From the NCBI GenBank assembly GCA_016200255.1, contig JACQFA010000022.1:12963-76962 (forward strand): DNA of 64,000 nt. Reading direction: 5' to 3'. The notes beneath the pieces were generated by a model. It was not told where the DNA came from. It did no database searches and was given only the letters and a program-made list of their open reading frames with translations. Each line of letters begins with the position of its first letter. Position 1 is the first letter of the stretch. Shown piece after piece: positions 10,495-19,884 of this stretch. This stretch comes from Nitrospirota bacterium (lineage in GTDB: Bacteria; Nitrospirota; Nitrospiria; JACQBZ01). The position numbers and the translations under genes are program-made.

Positions 10495-12201
10495 TTAATC
10501 CGGGAAGGTCGAGTCCACCACCTCTTCCAATGTGGTAATTCCTTCCCTGATTTTGCTCAGACCGCTCATGCGCAAGGTTTTCATCCCCGTGCTGATGGCC
10601 CGCTTTTTGATTTCATCCGACGAAGCCCCCTGCAGGATCAACTCCCGGACTTCTTCGCCGATGGGCATCACTTCATACAACGCCAGGCGGCCTTTATAGC
10701 CTGTGTCACTGCAGGTCGAGCAGCCCTTGCCTTTGTAACAGACGGCGCTCTTGGCTTCTTCCTCCGTCATTCCGGCTTTCACCAACATCGGGACCGGAAC
10801 CTTTTCGAGCTCTTTGCAGTCCTTGCAAACCCGATGGACCAGACGCTGGGCAATAATCATCACCACCGAGGAGGCCACCAGGAAGGGCTCGATGCCCATG
10901 TTGAGAAGCCGGTTGATCGTGCTTGGCGCATCATTGGTATGAAGCGTGGACAGAACCAAGTGACCGGTCAGGGCCGCCTTGACGCCGATCTCGGCCGTTT
11001 CATAGTCCCGGATTTCGCCGACCATGATGATATCGGGGTCCTGACGCAGAAAGGATCGGAGGGCGGCCGCAAAATTTAGACCGATCTCGTCCTTCATCTG
11101 GACCTGATTGATCCCCATCAGATTGTACTCGACCGGGTCTTCGGCCGTCATGATGTTTACATCGATGGTATTAATATAATTCAATGCCGAATAGAGTGTG
11201 GTGGTTTTACCGCTTCCGGTCGGGCCCGTGACCAGAACCATCCCGTAGGGGCTGCCGATCGCCTTCATGAAATTCTCCAGGGCCTTGGGATCAAACCCCA
11301 GCTTCGTCAGATCCAACGTCAGGTTGCTTTTATCCAGGAGCCGCATCACGATCTTTTCACCGAACAGACAGGGGAGACACGAGACGCGGAGATCCACTTC
11401 CTTGTCCTCGAATTTCATCTTGATGCGGCCGTCCTGGGGAAGGCGCCGCTCGGCTATGTCGAGATCGGACATGATCTTGAAGCGGGAGGTCAAAGCCGCC
11501 TGAAGTTTCTTGGGAGGCGACATGACCTCGTAGAGCGATCCATCCAATCGATAGCGAACACGGAAGCTTTTTTCATACGGCTCAATATGGATGTCGCTCA
11601 CTTTTTTCTTGACCGCCTCGTTCAGGATGAGGTTTGCCAGCTTGACCACCGGCACTTCTTCCACGGCCTCCTTCAGCTTCCCGATATCCACTTCCTCTTC
11701 GCGGATGATGGTCGGATCCGCCGTGGTCTCCTGACTCTCCAGGTCTTTCAGCACCGTCTGGAGCTGTTTACTCGAGGCATCGTAGCCCTTGGAGATGGCC
11801 GTCATGACGGCCGTTTCCGACGCCACCATCGGCTCGATCTCGTATCCGGTCATAAATTTAATGTCGTCAACAGCAAAAACATCGGTGGGATCCACCATGG
11901 CTAGGCTGAGCGTGGCGCCGGAACGCTTGACGGGCATGACGCGGTATTTAAGCACCACTTCGGCCGGCACCAGTTTTGTGACGGCAGGATCAATTTGCAG
12001 TTTCGAAAGGTCAATGGCGGGGATGCCGTACTGCTGGCTCAGGAACTTCAGAAGCTTGTCCTCCTCAATAAAAGCCATCTTGACGAGGATGCCGCCCAGC
12101 CGGCCGCCCTCTTTTTTTTGAGTCAAGAGGGCCTTCTGGAGCTGGTCCTCCGTAATGAGCTTGGCCGTAGTCAGCAATTTCCCCAATCGTTCAGGAACCA
12201 A
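10495..12201 (-). CDS. pilB: Type IV pilus assembly ATPase PilB with MshEN-like N-terminus
   Basis: SDIHIEP, ERRLPQDGR, GPTGSGKTTTLY, tetra-Cys motif; TTG start. Confidence 0.95.
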   Translation of the reverse strand: MVPERLGKLLTTAKLITEDQLQKALLTQKKEGGRLGGILVKMAFIEEDKLLKFLSQQYGIPAIDLSKLQIDPAVTKLVPAEVVLKYRVMPVKRSGATLSLAMVDPTDVFAVDDIKFMTGYEIEPMVASETAVMTAISKGYDASSKQLQTVLKDLESQETTADPTIIREEEVDIGKLKEAVEEVPVVKLANLILNEAVKKKVSDIHIEPYEKSFRVRYRLDGSLYEVMSPPKKLQAALTSRFKIMSDLDIAERRLPQDGRIKMKFEDKEVDLRVSCLPCLFGEKIVMRLLDKSNLTLDLTKLGFDPKALENFMKAIGSPYGMVLVTGPTGSGKTTTLYSALNYINTIDVNIMTAEDPVEYNLMGINQVQMKDEIGLNFAAALRSFLRQDPDIIMVGEIRDYETAEIGVKAALTGHLVLSTLHTNDAPSTINRLLNMGIEPFLVASSVVMIIAQRLVHRVCKDCKELEKVPVPMLVKAGMTEEEAKSAVCYKGKGCSTCSDTGYKGRLALYEVMPIGEEVRELILQGASSDEIKKRAISTGMKTLRMSGLSKIREGITTLEEVVDSTFPD

Positions 12202-12240
12202 GGCGTTACCTCGTTGGATGAGCGAAATTCTTGGCTTGTC

Positions 12241-12269
12241 AGTCTACTGGATCGGCCCAGAATTGTCAA
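12241..12269 (-). promoter_or_regulatory. sigma70-type promoter for pilB, overlapping the end of aroE
   Basis: TTGACA-N17-TAGACT; the -10 contains the aroE TAG stop. Confidence 0.7.
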
Positions 12270-13149
12270 TCTCTTGTTGGTTGACCTCTCGTCCGGCAAT
12301 TCCCTGCTGAAGGGCCTCTCGCATGACGTTGATCGGAGGACGTCGACCGGTCCAGATTTCAAAGGCAAGAGCGCCCTGGTGAACCAGCATCCCGAGCCCG
12401 TTGACCGCCTTGGCGCCGGCCGCTTTAGCCTGGTCGAGCAGAAGCGTCACCGATGATTTATAGATGAGATCGCAAACGATATGGTGAGGCTGCAGGACAT
12501 TGGGTGGTAGGAGCGGAGGATCGTCGGGCCTCATGCCGACCGACGTGGCGTTGATGATGATATCGGCCTGCCGAACCCCCTCGATTAAAGACGCCTCCGT
12601 CCAGGGAAGGACGAAGACGGAACACAGTACCACTGTTCGACGAAGGTCTCGAACCAATGCCGCGGCCCGCGCCGATGAACGATTCGCAATCATCACGACC
12701 GCCCCGCCTTCCAACGCCCATTGGAATGCAACCGCCCTGGCTGCTCCGCCCGCGCCCAGGATCATGACCCGCTTGCCGGCGATAGACTCCCCGGTCTCCT
12801 CCCGAAAGGCCCGCAGGAACCCTCGACCGTCCGTGTTGTGACCGATCATGCGTCCGCGTCGGATCTCAACCGTGTTCACCGCTCCGATCATCCGCGCTTC
12901 AGGACTCAAGCGGTCCACCAAAGCCATGATCCGCAGCTTATGTGGGATGGTCACGTTGAAACCGCAAAACCCCAGCAACCGCAGTGCCGTCACGGCCGAT
13001 CGGATCCGGCGGGGCTCCACCTCCAGCGGAACGTAACAGCAGTCCAGACCCGTCGCTTCAAAGGCCGCGTTGTGCATCAGCGGCGATAGAGAATGGCGAA
13101 TGGGGTAACCGATTATTCCAACCAGCTTTGTCCGACCCGTAATCGTCAT
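12244..13149 (-). CDS. aroE: Shikimate dehydrogenase
   Basis: HSLSPLMHN, NVTIPHK, GAVNT, GHNTDG, GAGGAARA, INATSVGM. Confidence 0.96.
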   Translation of the reverse strand: MTITGRTKLVGIIGYPIRHSLSPLMHNAAFEATGLDCCYVPLEVEPRRIRSAVTALRLLGFCGFNVTIPHKLRIMALVDRLSPEARMIGAVNTVEIRRGRMIGHNTDGRGFLRAFREETGESIAGKRVMILGAGGAARAVAFQWALEGGAVVMIANRSSARAAALVRDLRRTVVLCSVFVLPWTEASLIEGVRQADIIINATSVGMRPDDPPLLPPNVLQPHHIVCDLIYKSSVTLLLDQAKAAGAKAVNGLGMLVHQGALAFEIWTGRRPPINVMREALQQGIAGREVNQQEIDNSGPIQ

Positions 13150-13165
13150 AACCTCTCGGGCGATG

Positions 13166-13702
13166 TTAAACCTGTTCGGAATTCAGATGGCGTATCCCGC
13201 GATAGATGTAATGCAGCCCGGAAAGAATCGTCAGCCCGATCATCACCACAAGAATCGGCAAGAGACTGATCGTGCTGCCCCGGACCACGGCCGTCGCCAA
13301 AATCAGTGTCACATAGCTCAACTGGACCGCCGTTGTGCTTTTCCCGAGAAACGTGGGCGAAATCTCCTGCTGGGCCTGGGTCAGATGCAGTATCAAGCTG
13401 CCCAGAATCAGGATCAGATCGCGACTGACCACAATCACGGCCGTCCATACCGGAATGACTTGAAGAATGGCCATCGTCAGAAAGGAGGCGGTCAGAAGTA
13501 ATTTATCCGCCAGGGGATCAAGGTAGGTCCCCAGCCTTGTCCTCTGGTTGGCCAGCCGCGCAATCAGACCATCCAGGCTGTCCGTCAGGCTGGCCGCAAG
13601 AAAAACGGCCAAGGCCCACCCATTGTAGCCGTAGATCAAAAAATAGAAAAAAACCGGGATCAGCAAGATGCGAAGAATGGTGAGTAAATTAGGAAGATTC
13701 AT
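13166..13702 (-). CDS. pgsA: CDP-alcohol phosphatidyltransferase (PgsA-like)
   Basis: MNLPNLLTILRI start; D..DG.IAR...Q.T.LG.YLDPLADK signature. The exact product is uncertain. Confidence 0.8.
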   Translation of the reverse strand: MNLPNLLTILRILLIPVFFYFLIYGYNGWALAVFLAASLTDSLDGLIARLANQRTRLGTYLDPLADKLLLTASFLTMAILQVIPVWTAVIVVSRDLILILGSLILHLTQAQQEISPTFLGKSTTAVQLSYVTLILATAVVRGSTISLLPILVVMIGLTILSGLHYIYRGIRHLNSEQV

Positions 13703-13710
13703 CCTCTCAC

Positions 13711-13808
13711 CCGTGCCAGCCGTGGGGTTCGACCCAGCGAGCACGGCGAGCGAGAGGGGAAGGCTCCATCCGGCTTCGCCGGTGGAGGGGGCGACGCAAG
13801 CCCCTACA
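13711..13808. repeat. REP-like multi-hairpin element (GTAG-type)
   Basis: Minus strand begins TGTAG-GGGC-TTGCGTC-GCCC, followed by CTCCA-CCGGC-GAA-GCCGG-A-TGGAG and a CCGTGC/GCACGG stem. Partial copy at 35049-35072. Confidence 0.6.
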
Positions 13809-13832
13809 ATCGGCAACAGGCTGCATGGTTGG

Positions 13833-13861
13833 ATTATAAGAAACCGCCGACGGATTGTCAA
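13833..13861 (-). promoter_or_regulatory. Consensus sigma70 promoter for pgsA-aroE
   Basis: Perfect TTGACA-N17-TATAAT. Confidence 0.85.
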
Positions 13862-13895
13862 ACCCTCCAACCGGAGCCGATCCGGCAAAAAGGTG

Positions 13896-13924
13896 TTGAT
13901 TGCTTTGAATGAACCCGCTATAAT
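13896..13924 (+). promoter_or_regulatory. Divergent sigma70 promoter
   Basis: TTGATT-N17-TATAAT upstream of the ORF at 13950. Confidence 0.7.
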
Positions 13925-13949
13925 CGCCTCCCGTTATGGAGCACCCCGG

Positions 13950-14261
13950 ATGCAGCGAATCGTTGAACGACATCAGATCGAGGGACAGGACGAGCGGCAA
14001 CGCGTCTTCAATCGCCTGGTGGATATCCTGCGCGTCGAAAAGGGATACACCGCGATTTTTCATTATGAAGGACTCACCTTTGAGACAAAGTCCGCGCGAA
14101 CCATCGAGGAAACGATTCAGGACCTGATTTCAAAACTACAAAAAGCAGGCTGCTCGAATCTTCGCACCCGCCTGAATTTTCGAGGACAGCGTTATCTGGC
14201 GGAGCGCGAACCGTGGGTGAACTATCCCGACAGCGCGTTTCAGGAAACCGGTCGCACTTAA
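13950..14261 (+). CDS. Hypothetical protein (103 aa)
   Basis: ATG 13950 with GGAG RBS and a promoter; protein-like composition (RTRLNFRGQRYLAEREPWVNYPD). Confidence 0.75.
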   Translation: MQRIVERHQIEGQDERQRVFNRLVDILRVEKGYTAIFHYEGLTFETKSARTIEETIQDLISKLQKAGCSNLRTRLNFRGQRYLAEREPWVNYPDSAFQETGRT

Positions 14262-14278
14262 CCGCTCGATCAGCTCTC

Positions 14279-15061
14279 ATGAATCCTTCCAATAAAATGA
14301 CCCCGGTCGATAGAAAGCGGTGGGAGCTCTGGGGCATCTCCTTTTTCCTGTTGCTCTCTTCGGCCGCAACGGTCATCGCCTTCGGCCTGATTTCGGACCA
14401 GCCTCCGGTCATCATCGCCTTTCTTGGCGTCTTTTTCCTTCTTTTTTGCGGCTACATCATCGACAATGAATTCAAGCTTCAAAAAATCCAGAAGCAATTG
14501 CGCGATGAACAGTTTAAGGTGCTGGAGGAGGAAATCCGGATCGGAACGCTTCAAACACGCCTAAAGGAGTTAACGGCGCTGGAGAGAGCGATGACGGCAA
14601 TCGGCATGGAAACGCAGCCCGAGAAAGCCCTCGACACGATTCTTCGGGCCGCCATGCAAATCTTTGCGGCCGACCGGGGTTCCATCATGCTCGTAGACGA
14701 GGCCTCCCAAACGCTCGTCATCACCGCCAGCATAGGCATCAAACCGGAACATTCGGCCCAAAGCCGACCCAAGATCGGTGACGGGATTGCGGGTCGCGTC
14801 GCCCTGACCGGCGAGGCCCTTCTCCTGCCCCCCAAGATCAATACGGATCAGTACAAGAACTTCGAATCCAAAGCGACGGAACTCCGCTCCGGAATCTGCG
14901 CCCCGATGAGGAGCCGAAACAAGATTATCGGGGTGATCAGTTATTCCATCGCGGATCCCAAGAAGCGCCTCTTTACCGAATACGATCTAAAACTCCTCAT
15001 TATCTTTGCTCAATACGCCACGCTGGTCATCGATGCCGCCGGCGCCGCCCGCTTAAAGTAG
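14279..15061 (+). CDS. Membrane protein: 2 TM, coiled coil, GAF domain
   Basis: ADRGSIMLVDE, GDGIAGRVA.TGE, ICAPM....IIGVI and FTEYDLKLL..FA are GAF hallmarks. Confidence 0.85.
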   Translation: MNPSNKMTPVDRKRWELWGISFFLLLSSAATVIAFGLISDQPPVIIAFLGVFFLLFCGYIIDNEFKLQKIQKQLRDEQFKVLEEEIRIGTLQTRLKELTALERAMTAIGMETQPEKALDTILRAAMQIFAADRGSIMLVDEASQTLVITASIGIKPEHSAQSRPKIGDGIAGRVALTGEALLLPPKINTDQYKNFESKATELRSGICAPMRSRNKIIGVISYSIADPKKRLFTEYDLKLLIIFAQYATLVIDAAGAARLK

Positions 15062-15080
15062 TCGTGTCCCTCTCGTTTCA

Positions 15081-15109
15081 TTGCACAGCCGCATCGGTCT
15101 TGTTATAAT
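15081..15109 (+). promoter_or_regulatory. sigma70 promoter, probably giving a leaderless transcript
   Basis: TTGCAC-N17-TATAAT with TGn extension; 6 nt from the -10 to ATG 15116; no SD. Confidence 0.75.
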
Positions 15110-15115
15110 GCCGCC

Positions 15116-17923
15116 ATGTCCAACCCAACGCCCGCCATCGTCACCGATCTCCGTCGCTTGCTGGGCAACGCCAAAGTTCTCTCGGATGTTCCCGCCCTCA
15201 CGGCCTACGCCATCGATGCCGGCATCTACCGGCTTGAGCCGCAAGCCGTCGTCCTGATCGAGAACGAATCCGACCTGGTCCCGGTGATCAAGTATGCCCG
15301 GAGAAATCGAATCCCTCTGACCGCAAGGGCCGGCGGGACGAACCTGACCGGCAACGCGATCGGGGAAGGGATCATCCTGGAATTCTCGCGGATGAACCGG
15401 ATCCTTGAATTGAACCGGGAAGAGAAATGGGTCCGGGTCCAGCCCGGAAAGACCTACAGCGAACTCAATCGCGATCTGGAGCGATACGGCCTTTTCTTTG
15501 CGCCCGATCCTTCGAGCGGCGAGGTCTGCAAAATCGGCGGGATGGTTGGAAACAATTCGGCCGGCCCCCACAGCCTCAAGTACGGAGCGGTTAAGAACAA
15601 CGTCTACGAGATCCGCGCGATCCTGTCCGATGGCCGCGCCCTTTCCGTCCGTCCCTACCCGATGGACCGGCCCGAGTTTGAGCGCCTTCTGGATCAGCAC
15701 GAACGCCTCCGAGAACTACATACGTTGTTGAAGTTGAACCAGGACCTGATCCAGAGACACCGGATCCGTGTCAGCAAGAACAGCAGCGGTTATAACATCT
15801 TCGACATGGCCGATCGTCTGGACCAGGGCCTTTTCGATCTCACAAAGCTGTTTATTGGAAGCGAAGGAACGCTTGGATTCATGACCGAGGCCCGTTTGAC
15901 ATTAATGGACCGGCCGGCCCGGACCGCGACCGCACGGGTCTATTTCAACCGGCTTGACGAGGTCGGCCACGCGGTCAACGCCCTTCTCCCATTCCATCCC
16001 AGCGCCATGGAGTTGATGGACGCCAGTTCGCTCAACTTGATTGGACGAGACCGCTTTGACATCCCCGCGGAAGCCGCCGCCATGCTGCTGGTCGAGTTCG
16101 ACGAAGAACCGATCGAGGACAAGATCGAACGGCTCAAGGAGACGACCCGCGCCTATCGACTTTGCCGGCCGGTTGACCTGGCCCGCAGCGATGAGCCCCG
16201 CGGGCTGGAACAGCAGGAGGCGTTCTGGAAAGTTCGCAAGGCAATTTATCCGACACTTTACCGGTATGATGCCAAGAAAAAACCGATCAATTTCGTGGAC
16301 GACGTTGTGGTTCCGGCCGCGCGGCTCCCGGAACTGATCGCCTATCTGGATGCCTATTTTAAAGAGATGGAGATTCCCGTAGCGGTCTACGGCCATATCG
16401 GCGATGGAAACGCCCATATCAATCCGCTGATGGACATGAAGGACCCCGATGACCTCCGACGGATGGCGGTCATCTCAAAAGAAATCCATTCCGTCGTGAT
16501 CCACCGATTCGGAGGTTCCCTCTGCGGCGAACACGGCGACGGCCGGGTGCGGGGCCAATTTCTGAGGGAACTGTATGGAGAGGAGATCTACACGCTTTTT
16601 ACAAAGATCAAACACCTCTTCGATCCCGACCAAATTCTCAACCCCGGCGTCAAACTGACCGACATGCCGTTCACGACCCATCTGGACGCCGAGCGGCTGA
16701 GCAAGGCCTGCGCCACCTGCGGCAAATGCAACACCGTCTGCCCGGTCTACGACGTTTCTCAGGAGGAATCGAACGGAGCCCGCGGCTGGTTTCATATCCT
16801 CACCGCACCGGACTATTCCTATGAAAAGGCCTCTCGCGTCGTCGAGGCCTGCGTCAATTGCAAGTCCTGTTTCGCGGTCTGTCCCGCCGGCATCGATATT
16901 TCAAAAAACATTCTGGAAAAACGGGCCGAGCATCCGAATCGCCTGGCCGGTTTCATCTTCGCGTTTCAGGCACGGCCGTGGCTGTTCGAATCGTTTCTGA
17001 AACTGGCCGGCCTGCTCCAACCGCTCTGGGATCGTCCTCTCGGACGAACGGCGCTGGAATATCTTACACGGCCGATCCTGGCGTTTATTTCTCCGACCGC
17101 ACGTTTGTCTCCCGAGATCAACCTGCCCCGACTGGCGACAAAGACGCTACGCCGACGGTTCGCCTCGCTGACGGAAGAAAAGGGCGCCTCCGGGGCGACG
17201 GCCTACTTCCACGGCTGCGCCGCGAATTATTTTCAAGACGGCGTGGGGGACGCCGTGATCCGCCTCCTTCAACGGCAGGGAGCCGGCCCCGTGCTTCCAA
17301 AGCAGCGCTGCTCCGGAACGCCCATCGAGACGTACGGCCACCGCGACCGGGTCCGGGACGATGCGCGCTTTAATATGGACTCCCTGCTTCGATATGAAAC
17401 GGTCGTCACCGGATGCGCCTCCTGCACCTTCATGCTGAAGGATTATGCACGGTTTTTTACGGACGAGAAGGAACAGGCCCGTGCGGCCGATCTGGCCAGC
17501 CGGGTCAAGCATATCACCGAATTCCTCGTCCAGTTGGGACTTCAATTTCCCGAACCGGACGGCGGCCCGGAACGGACGGTCGCGTATCACTCGTCCTGTC
17601 ATCTGCGCGCGGCCGGGGTCACGAAGGAGCCGAGGGAGCTGCTTCGCCGGACTCCCGGCGTACGGTTTGTCGAGATGCGGGACGCGGACCGGTGTGCGGG
17701 CGGGGCCGGAACCTTCATCGTTAAAAATTACGAGCAGTCCCGGCAGATCTTTGAGCGAAAACGGCGGGGAATCGTCGAATCCGGGGCCGAGGTGGTCGCG
17801 ACCAGCTGCCCGGCCTGCATGATTCAATTAAAAACAGGAATGCAGAACCGAATTCAGGTAAAACATGTCGCCCAGATTCTGGACGAGGCATTTGAACGCG
17901 CAGACGGCCCTGCTAAATCTTAA
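15116..17923 (+). CDS. FAD-binding and Fe-S-binding oxidoreductase (GlcD-GlcF/YdiJ-like fusion; D-2-hydroxyacid dehydrogenase-like)
   Basis: ARAGGTNLTG, PDPSS, GSEGTLG, GHIGDGNAH, GEHGDG; two CxxCxxCxxxCP motifs; CCG-like domains (YFHGC, YHSSCH, TSCPAC). Confidence 0.88.
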   Translation: MSNPTPAIVTDLRRLLGNAKVLSDVPALTAYAIDAGIYRLEPQAVVLIENESDLVPVIKYARRNRIPLTARAGGTNLTGNAIGEGIILEFSRMNRILELNREEKWVRVQPGKTYSELNRDLERYGLFFAPDPSSGEVCKIGGMVGNNSAGPHSLKYGAVKNNVYEIRAILSDGRALSVRPYPMDRPEFERLLDQHERLRELHTLLKLNQDLIQRHRIRVSKNSSGYNIFDMADRLDQGLFDLTKLFIGSEGTLGFMTEARLTLMDRPARTATARVYFNRLDEVGHAVNALLPFHPSAMELMDASSLNLIGRDRFDIPAEAAAMLLVEFDEEPIEDKIERLKETTRAYRLCRPVDLARSDEPRGLEQQEAFWKVRKAIYPTLYRYDAKKKPINFVDDVVVPAARLPELIAYLDAYFKEMEIPVAVYGHIGDGNAHINPLMDMKDPDDLRRMAVISKEIHSVVIHRFGGSLCGEHGDGRVRGQFLRELYGEEIYTLFTKIKHLFDPDQILNPGVKLTDMPFTTHLDAERLSKACATCGKCNTVCPVYDVSQEESNGARGWFHILTAPDYSYEKASRVVEACVNCKSCFAVCPAGIDISKNILEKRAEHPNRLAGFIFAFQARPWLFESFLKLAGLLQPLWDRPLGRTALEYLTRPILAFISPTARLSPEINLPRLATKTLRRRFASLTEEKGASGATAYFHGCAANYFQDGVGDAVIRLLQRQGAGPVLPKQRCSGTPIETYGHRDRVRDDARFNMDSLLRYETVVTGCASCTFMLKDYARFFTDEKEQARAADLASRVKHITEFLVQLGLQFPEPDGGPERTVAYHSSCHLRAAGVTKEPRELLRRTPGVRFVEMRDADRCAGGAGTFIVKNYEQSRQIFERKRRGIVESGAEVVATSCPACMIQLKTGMQNRIQVKHVAQILDEAFERADGPAKS

Positions 17924-18917
17924 ACTGTTTGACCCAGAAAATTCCCCCGTCAACCGTATAGAGAATCGTCCCGTTGTCGCCGACGGCCCAGCCGGTCTTG
18001 TCATTAATAAAATAGACCGCGCGGAGGGTCGCATCCGTCCGGGTCGATCGGGCCAGCCAGAACGTTCCGCCATTGGTGGTCTGGAGAATGATCCCGCCCT
18101 CGCCCGATACCCAGCCGAAATTCGCGCCGTAAAACTTGATGGCCGTCAATGCGCCCGTGGCGGTCGTCTGCGATCCTCGGGTCCAGGAAAAACCGTTATT
18201 CGTCATTGTGAGAAGGACCCCGCCGTCCCCCACGGCCCAGGCGGCGCCGCCGGTCCAGTAAATGGCATTGAGATTGCGGGTCGTCCCGCTGAGTTGGGCA
18301 TTCCAGAGCGCTCCGCGGGTTCCGGAATCGGTATAAAGAATGAGTCCGTCGTCGCCGATGATCCAACCGTGATCCTGGTCCCGGAAGAAAACATCGCGGA
18401 GAGAACGGTTCCCGGCCCCACTCTGTGCCACCCATGAAAACCCTCCGTTGCTGGTGTGAAGGATCGTTCCGTTGTCTCCCGCCACCCAGCCGACTTTCGT
18501 ATCGTTCTTCTGGAAGAAAACGCGGTTCAGCCGATTCGAACTGCCGCTGGACTGTCGGATCCAGCCCAGCCCGGAATTGATCGTCTGTAAAATGACCCCG
18601 CCGTCGCCCACCACCCAGCCGGTGTTCGCATCCGCAAACCGGATCGATCTCAAATTCTGGGTCGTCCCGCTCGTCTCGGAAAACCAGCTTGCACCGCCGT
18701 TTCGCGTATGAAGAAGCGTGCCGTTGTTTCCGACGATCCATCCTTCGCCGGTATTGATGAAGTAGACATCGTTTAACGACTCCGTAAAAGCATTTCCCAT
18801 CGCGCCTTCCTGAAGGCTCTCCCCCGGACCGGCGCAGGCCGTGATCGTCATTGGAACCGCGATGACCAGAACGGACAGCTTTCCCAATCGAGCCAGCAAC
18901 CTTCCGGCGATTTTCAT
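17913..18917 (-). CDS. Ycf48/BNR-repeat beta-propeller lipoprotein
   Basis: Lipobox-like ITAC; about 7 repeats of GW.VGD.G.IL.T.NGG..W. Confidence 0.85.
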   Translation of the reverse strand: MKIAGRLLARLGKLSVLVIAVPMTITACAGPGESLQEGAMGNAFTESLNDVYFINTGEGWIVGNNGTLLHTRNGGASWFSETSGTTQNLRSIRFADANTGWVVGDGGVILQTINSGLGWIRQSSGSSNRLNRVFFQKNDTKVGWVAGDNGTILHTSNGGFSWVAQSGAGNRSLRDVFFRDQDHGWIIGDDGLILYTDSGTRGALWNAQLSGTTRNLNAIYWTGGAAWAVGDGGVLLTMTNNGFSWTRGSQTTATGALTAIKFYGANFGWVSGEGGIILQTTNGGTFWLARSTRTDATLRAVYFINDKTGWAVGDNGTILYTVDGGIFWVKQFKI

Positions 18918-18966
18918 GATCCATCTCCCTTTTCTTGGTTTATTTTAAAATCCAACCGACTCCTCC

Positions 18967-19884
18967 CTATCGAACCGCGGTTTCCAAAAGCGTCACGGAG
19001 GCCGCGTTTCCGTCCATCTGAACCGGAATACCGAGCGGAAGCGTGACCTGCTCCCCGCCATGGCCGGCCGGAAATCCGTATAAAACGGGAATCGTCTGAT
19101 CGGCCAGCACGTCGCAAATTACATCTTCCAAGACGTAGGACGAATGGGACGGGGGCTGACAACCGGGCATCGTCCCGAAGATCACGCCCTTCGCATTCTT
19201 AAACTTGGACGCCGCCTTCAGTTGCGTCAGCATCCGGTCGATTCGGTACGGGGCCTCGTCGATATCCTCCAGCAGGAGGATCGCCCCCTCCGTTTGAATT
19301 TCATACGGCGTGCCCAGCGTGCTGCAGAGCATGGTCAAGCAGCCGCCGACCAGCGGTCCCTGCGCCTGCCCGCCCCGCAACCCCTTGATGCCGTCCGCCG
19401 TCAGAGGACCTTTTCCCCATCCCTCCACCAGGATTTTCCTGAACCAGGTATCCGTCAACGACGAGGGCTGTTTGCCGAAATTCGGCGCCACCATCGGACC
19501 GTGGAAAGTCACCAGCCCGAAATGCTGACGGAGATGGTTGAGCAAAAGCGTGACATCGCTGCTTCCAACTACGATCTTCGGATGCTGCTCAATCGCGTCC
19601 TCATCCAGAAAGGGAATGATTCTGGACGTTCCGTAACCGCCGCGGGCGCAGACGATCGCCGCGATTTCCGGATTTGAAAACATTTGGTTGAGATCCGCCG
19701 CGCGCTCGCGATCGGACCCGGCCAGATACCGCGACCGTTTTTCGACCGACGCCCCAAGGACGACGCGAAAACCCATCCCTTTCAGACGGTCGACGCCTTG
19801 TCTCAATTCAGCCGGATCGACCGAACCGGCCGGCGCGATCACGCCGATCGTACCTCCCGGACGAAGCGCTTCAGGCTTGATCAT
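18967..19884 (-). CDS. ldcA: LD-carboxypeptidase (peptidase S66)
   Basis: CARGGYG, GSSDVT, LLEDIDE, GHG catalytic motifs. Confidence 0.93.
   Translation of the reverse strand: MIKPEALRPGGTIGVIAPAGSVDPAELRQGVDRLKGMGFRVVLGASVEKRSRYLAGSDRERAADLNQMFSNPEIAAIVCARGGYGTSRIIPFLDEDAIEQHPKIVVGSSDVTLLLNHLRQHFGLVTFHGPMVAPNFGKQPSSLTDTWFRKILVEGWGKGPLTADGIKGLRGGQAQGPLVGGCLTMLCSTLGTPYEIQTEGAILLLEDIDEAPYRIDRMLTQLKAASKFKNAKGVIFGTMPGCQPPSHSSYVLEDVICDVLADQTIPVLYGFPAGHGGEQVTLPLGIPVQMDGNAASVTLLETAVR

Noticed and set aside
13703..13888. N-terminal extensions in the ORF track (pgsA, ispE, rpsB, rplM, dksA, rnhC, 57082 regulator, ccmF)
   Set aside because: They cross promoters or neighbouring genes; downstream starts match the family N-termini.
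17913..18917. Ycf48 similarity as evidence of photosynthesis
   Set aside because: BNR/Ycf48-like propellers are widespread, and no photosystem genes are present in the window.
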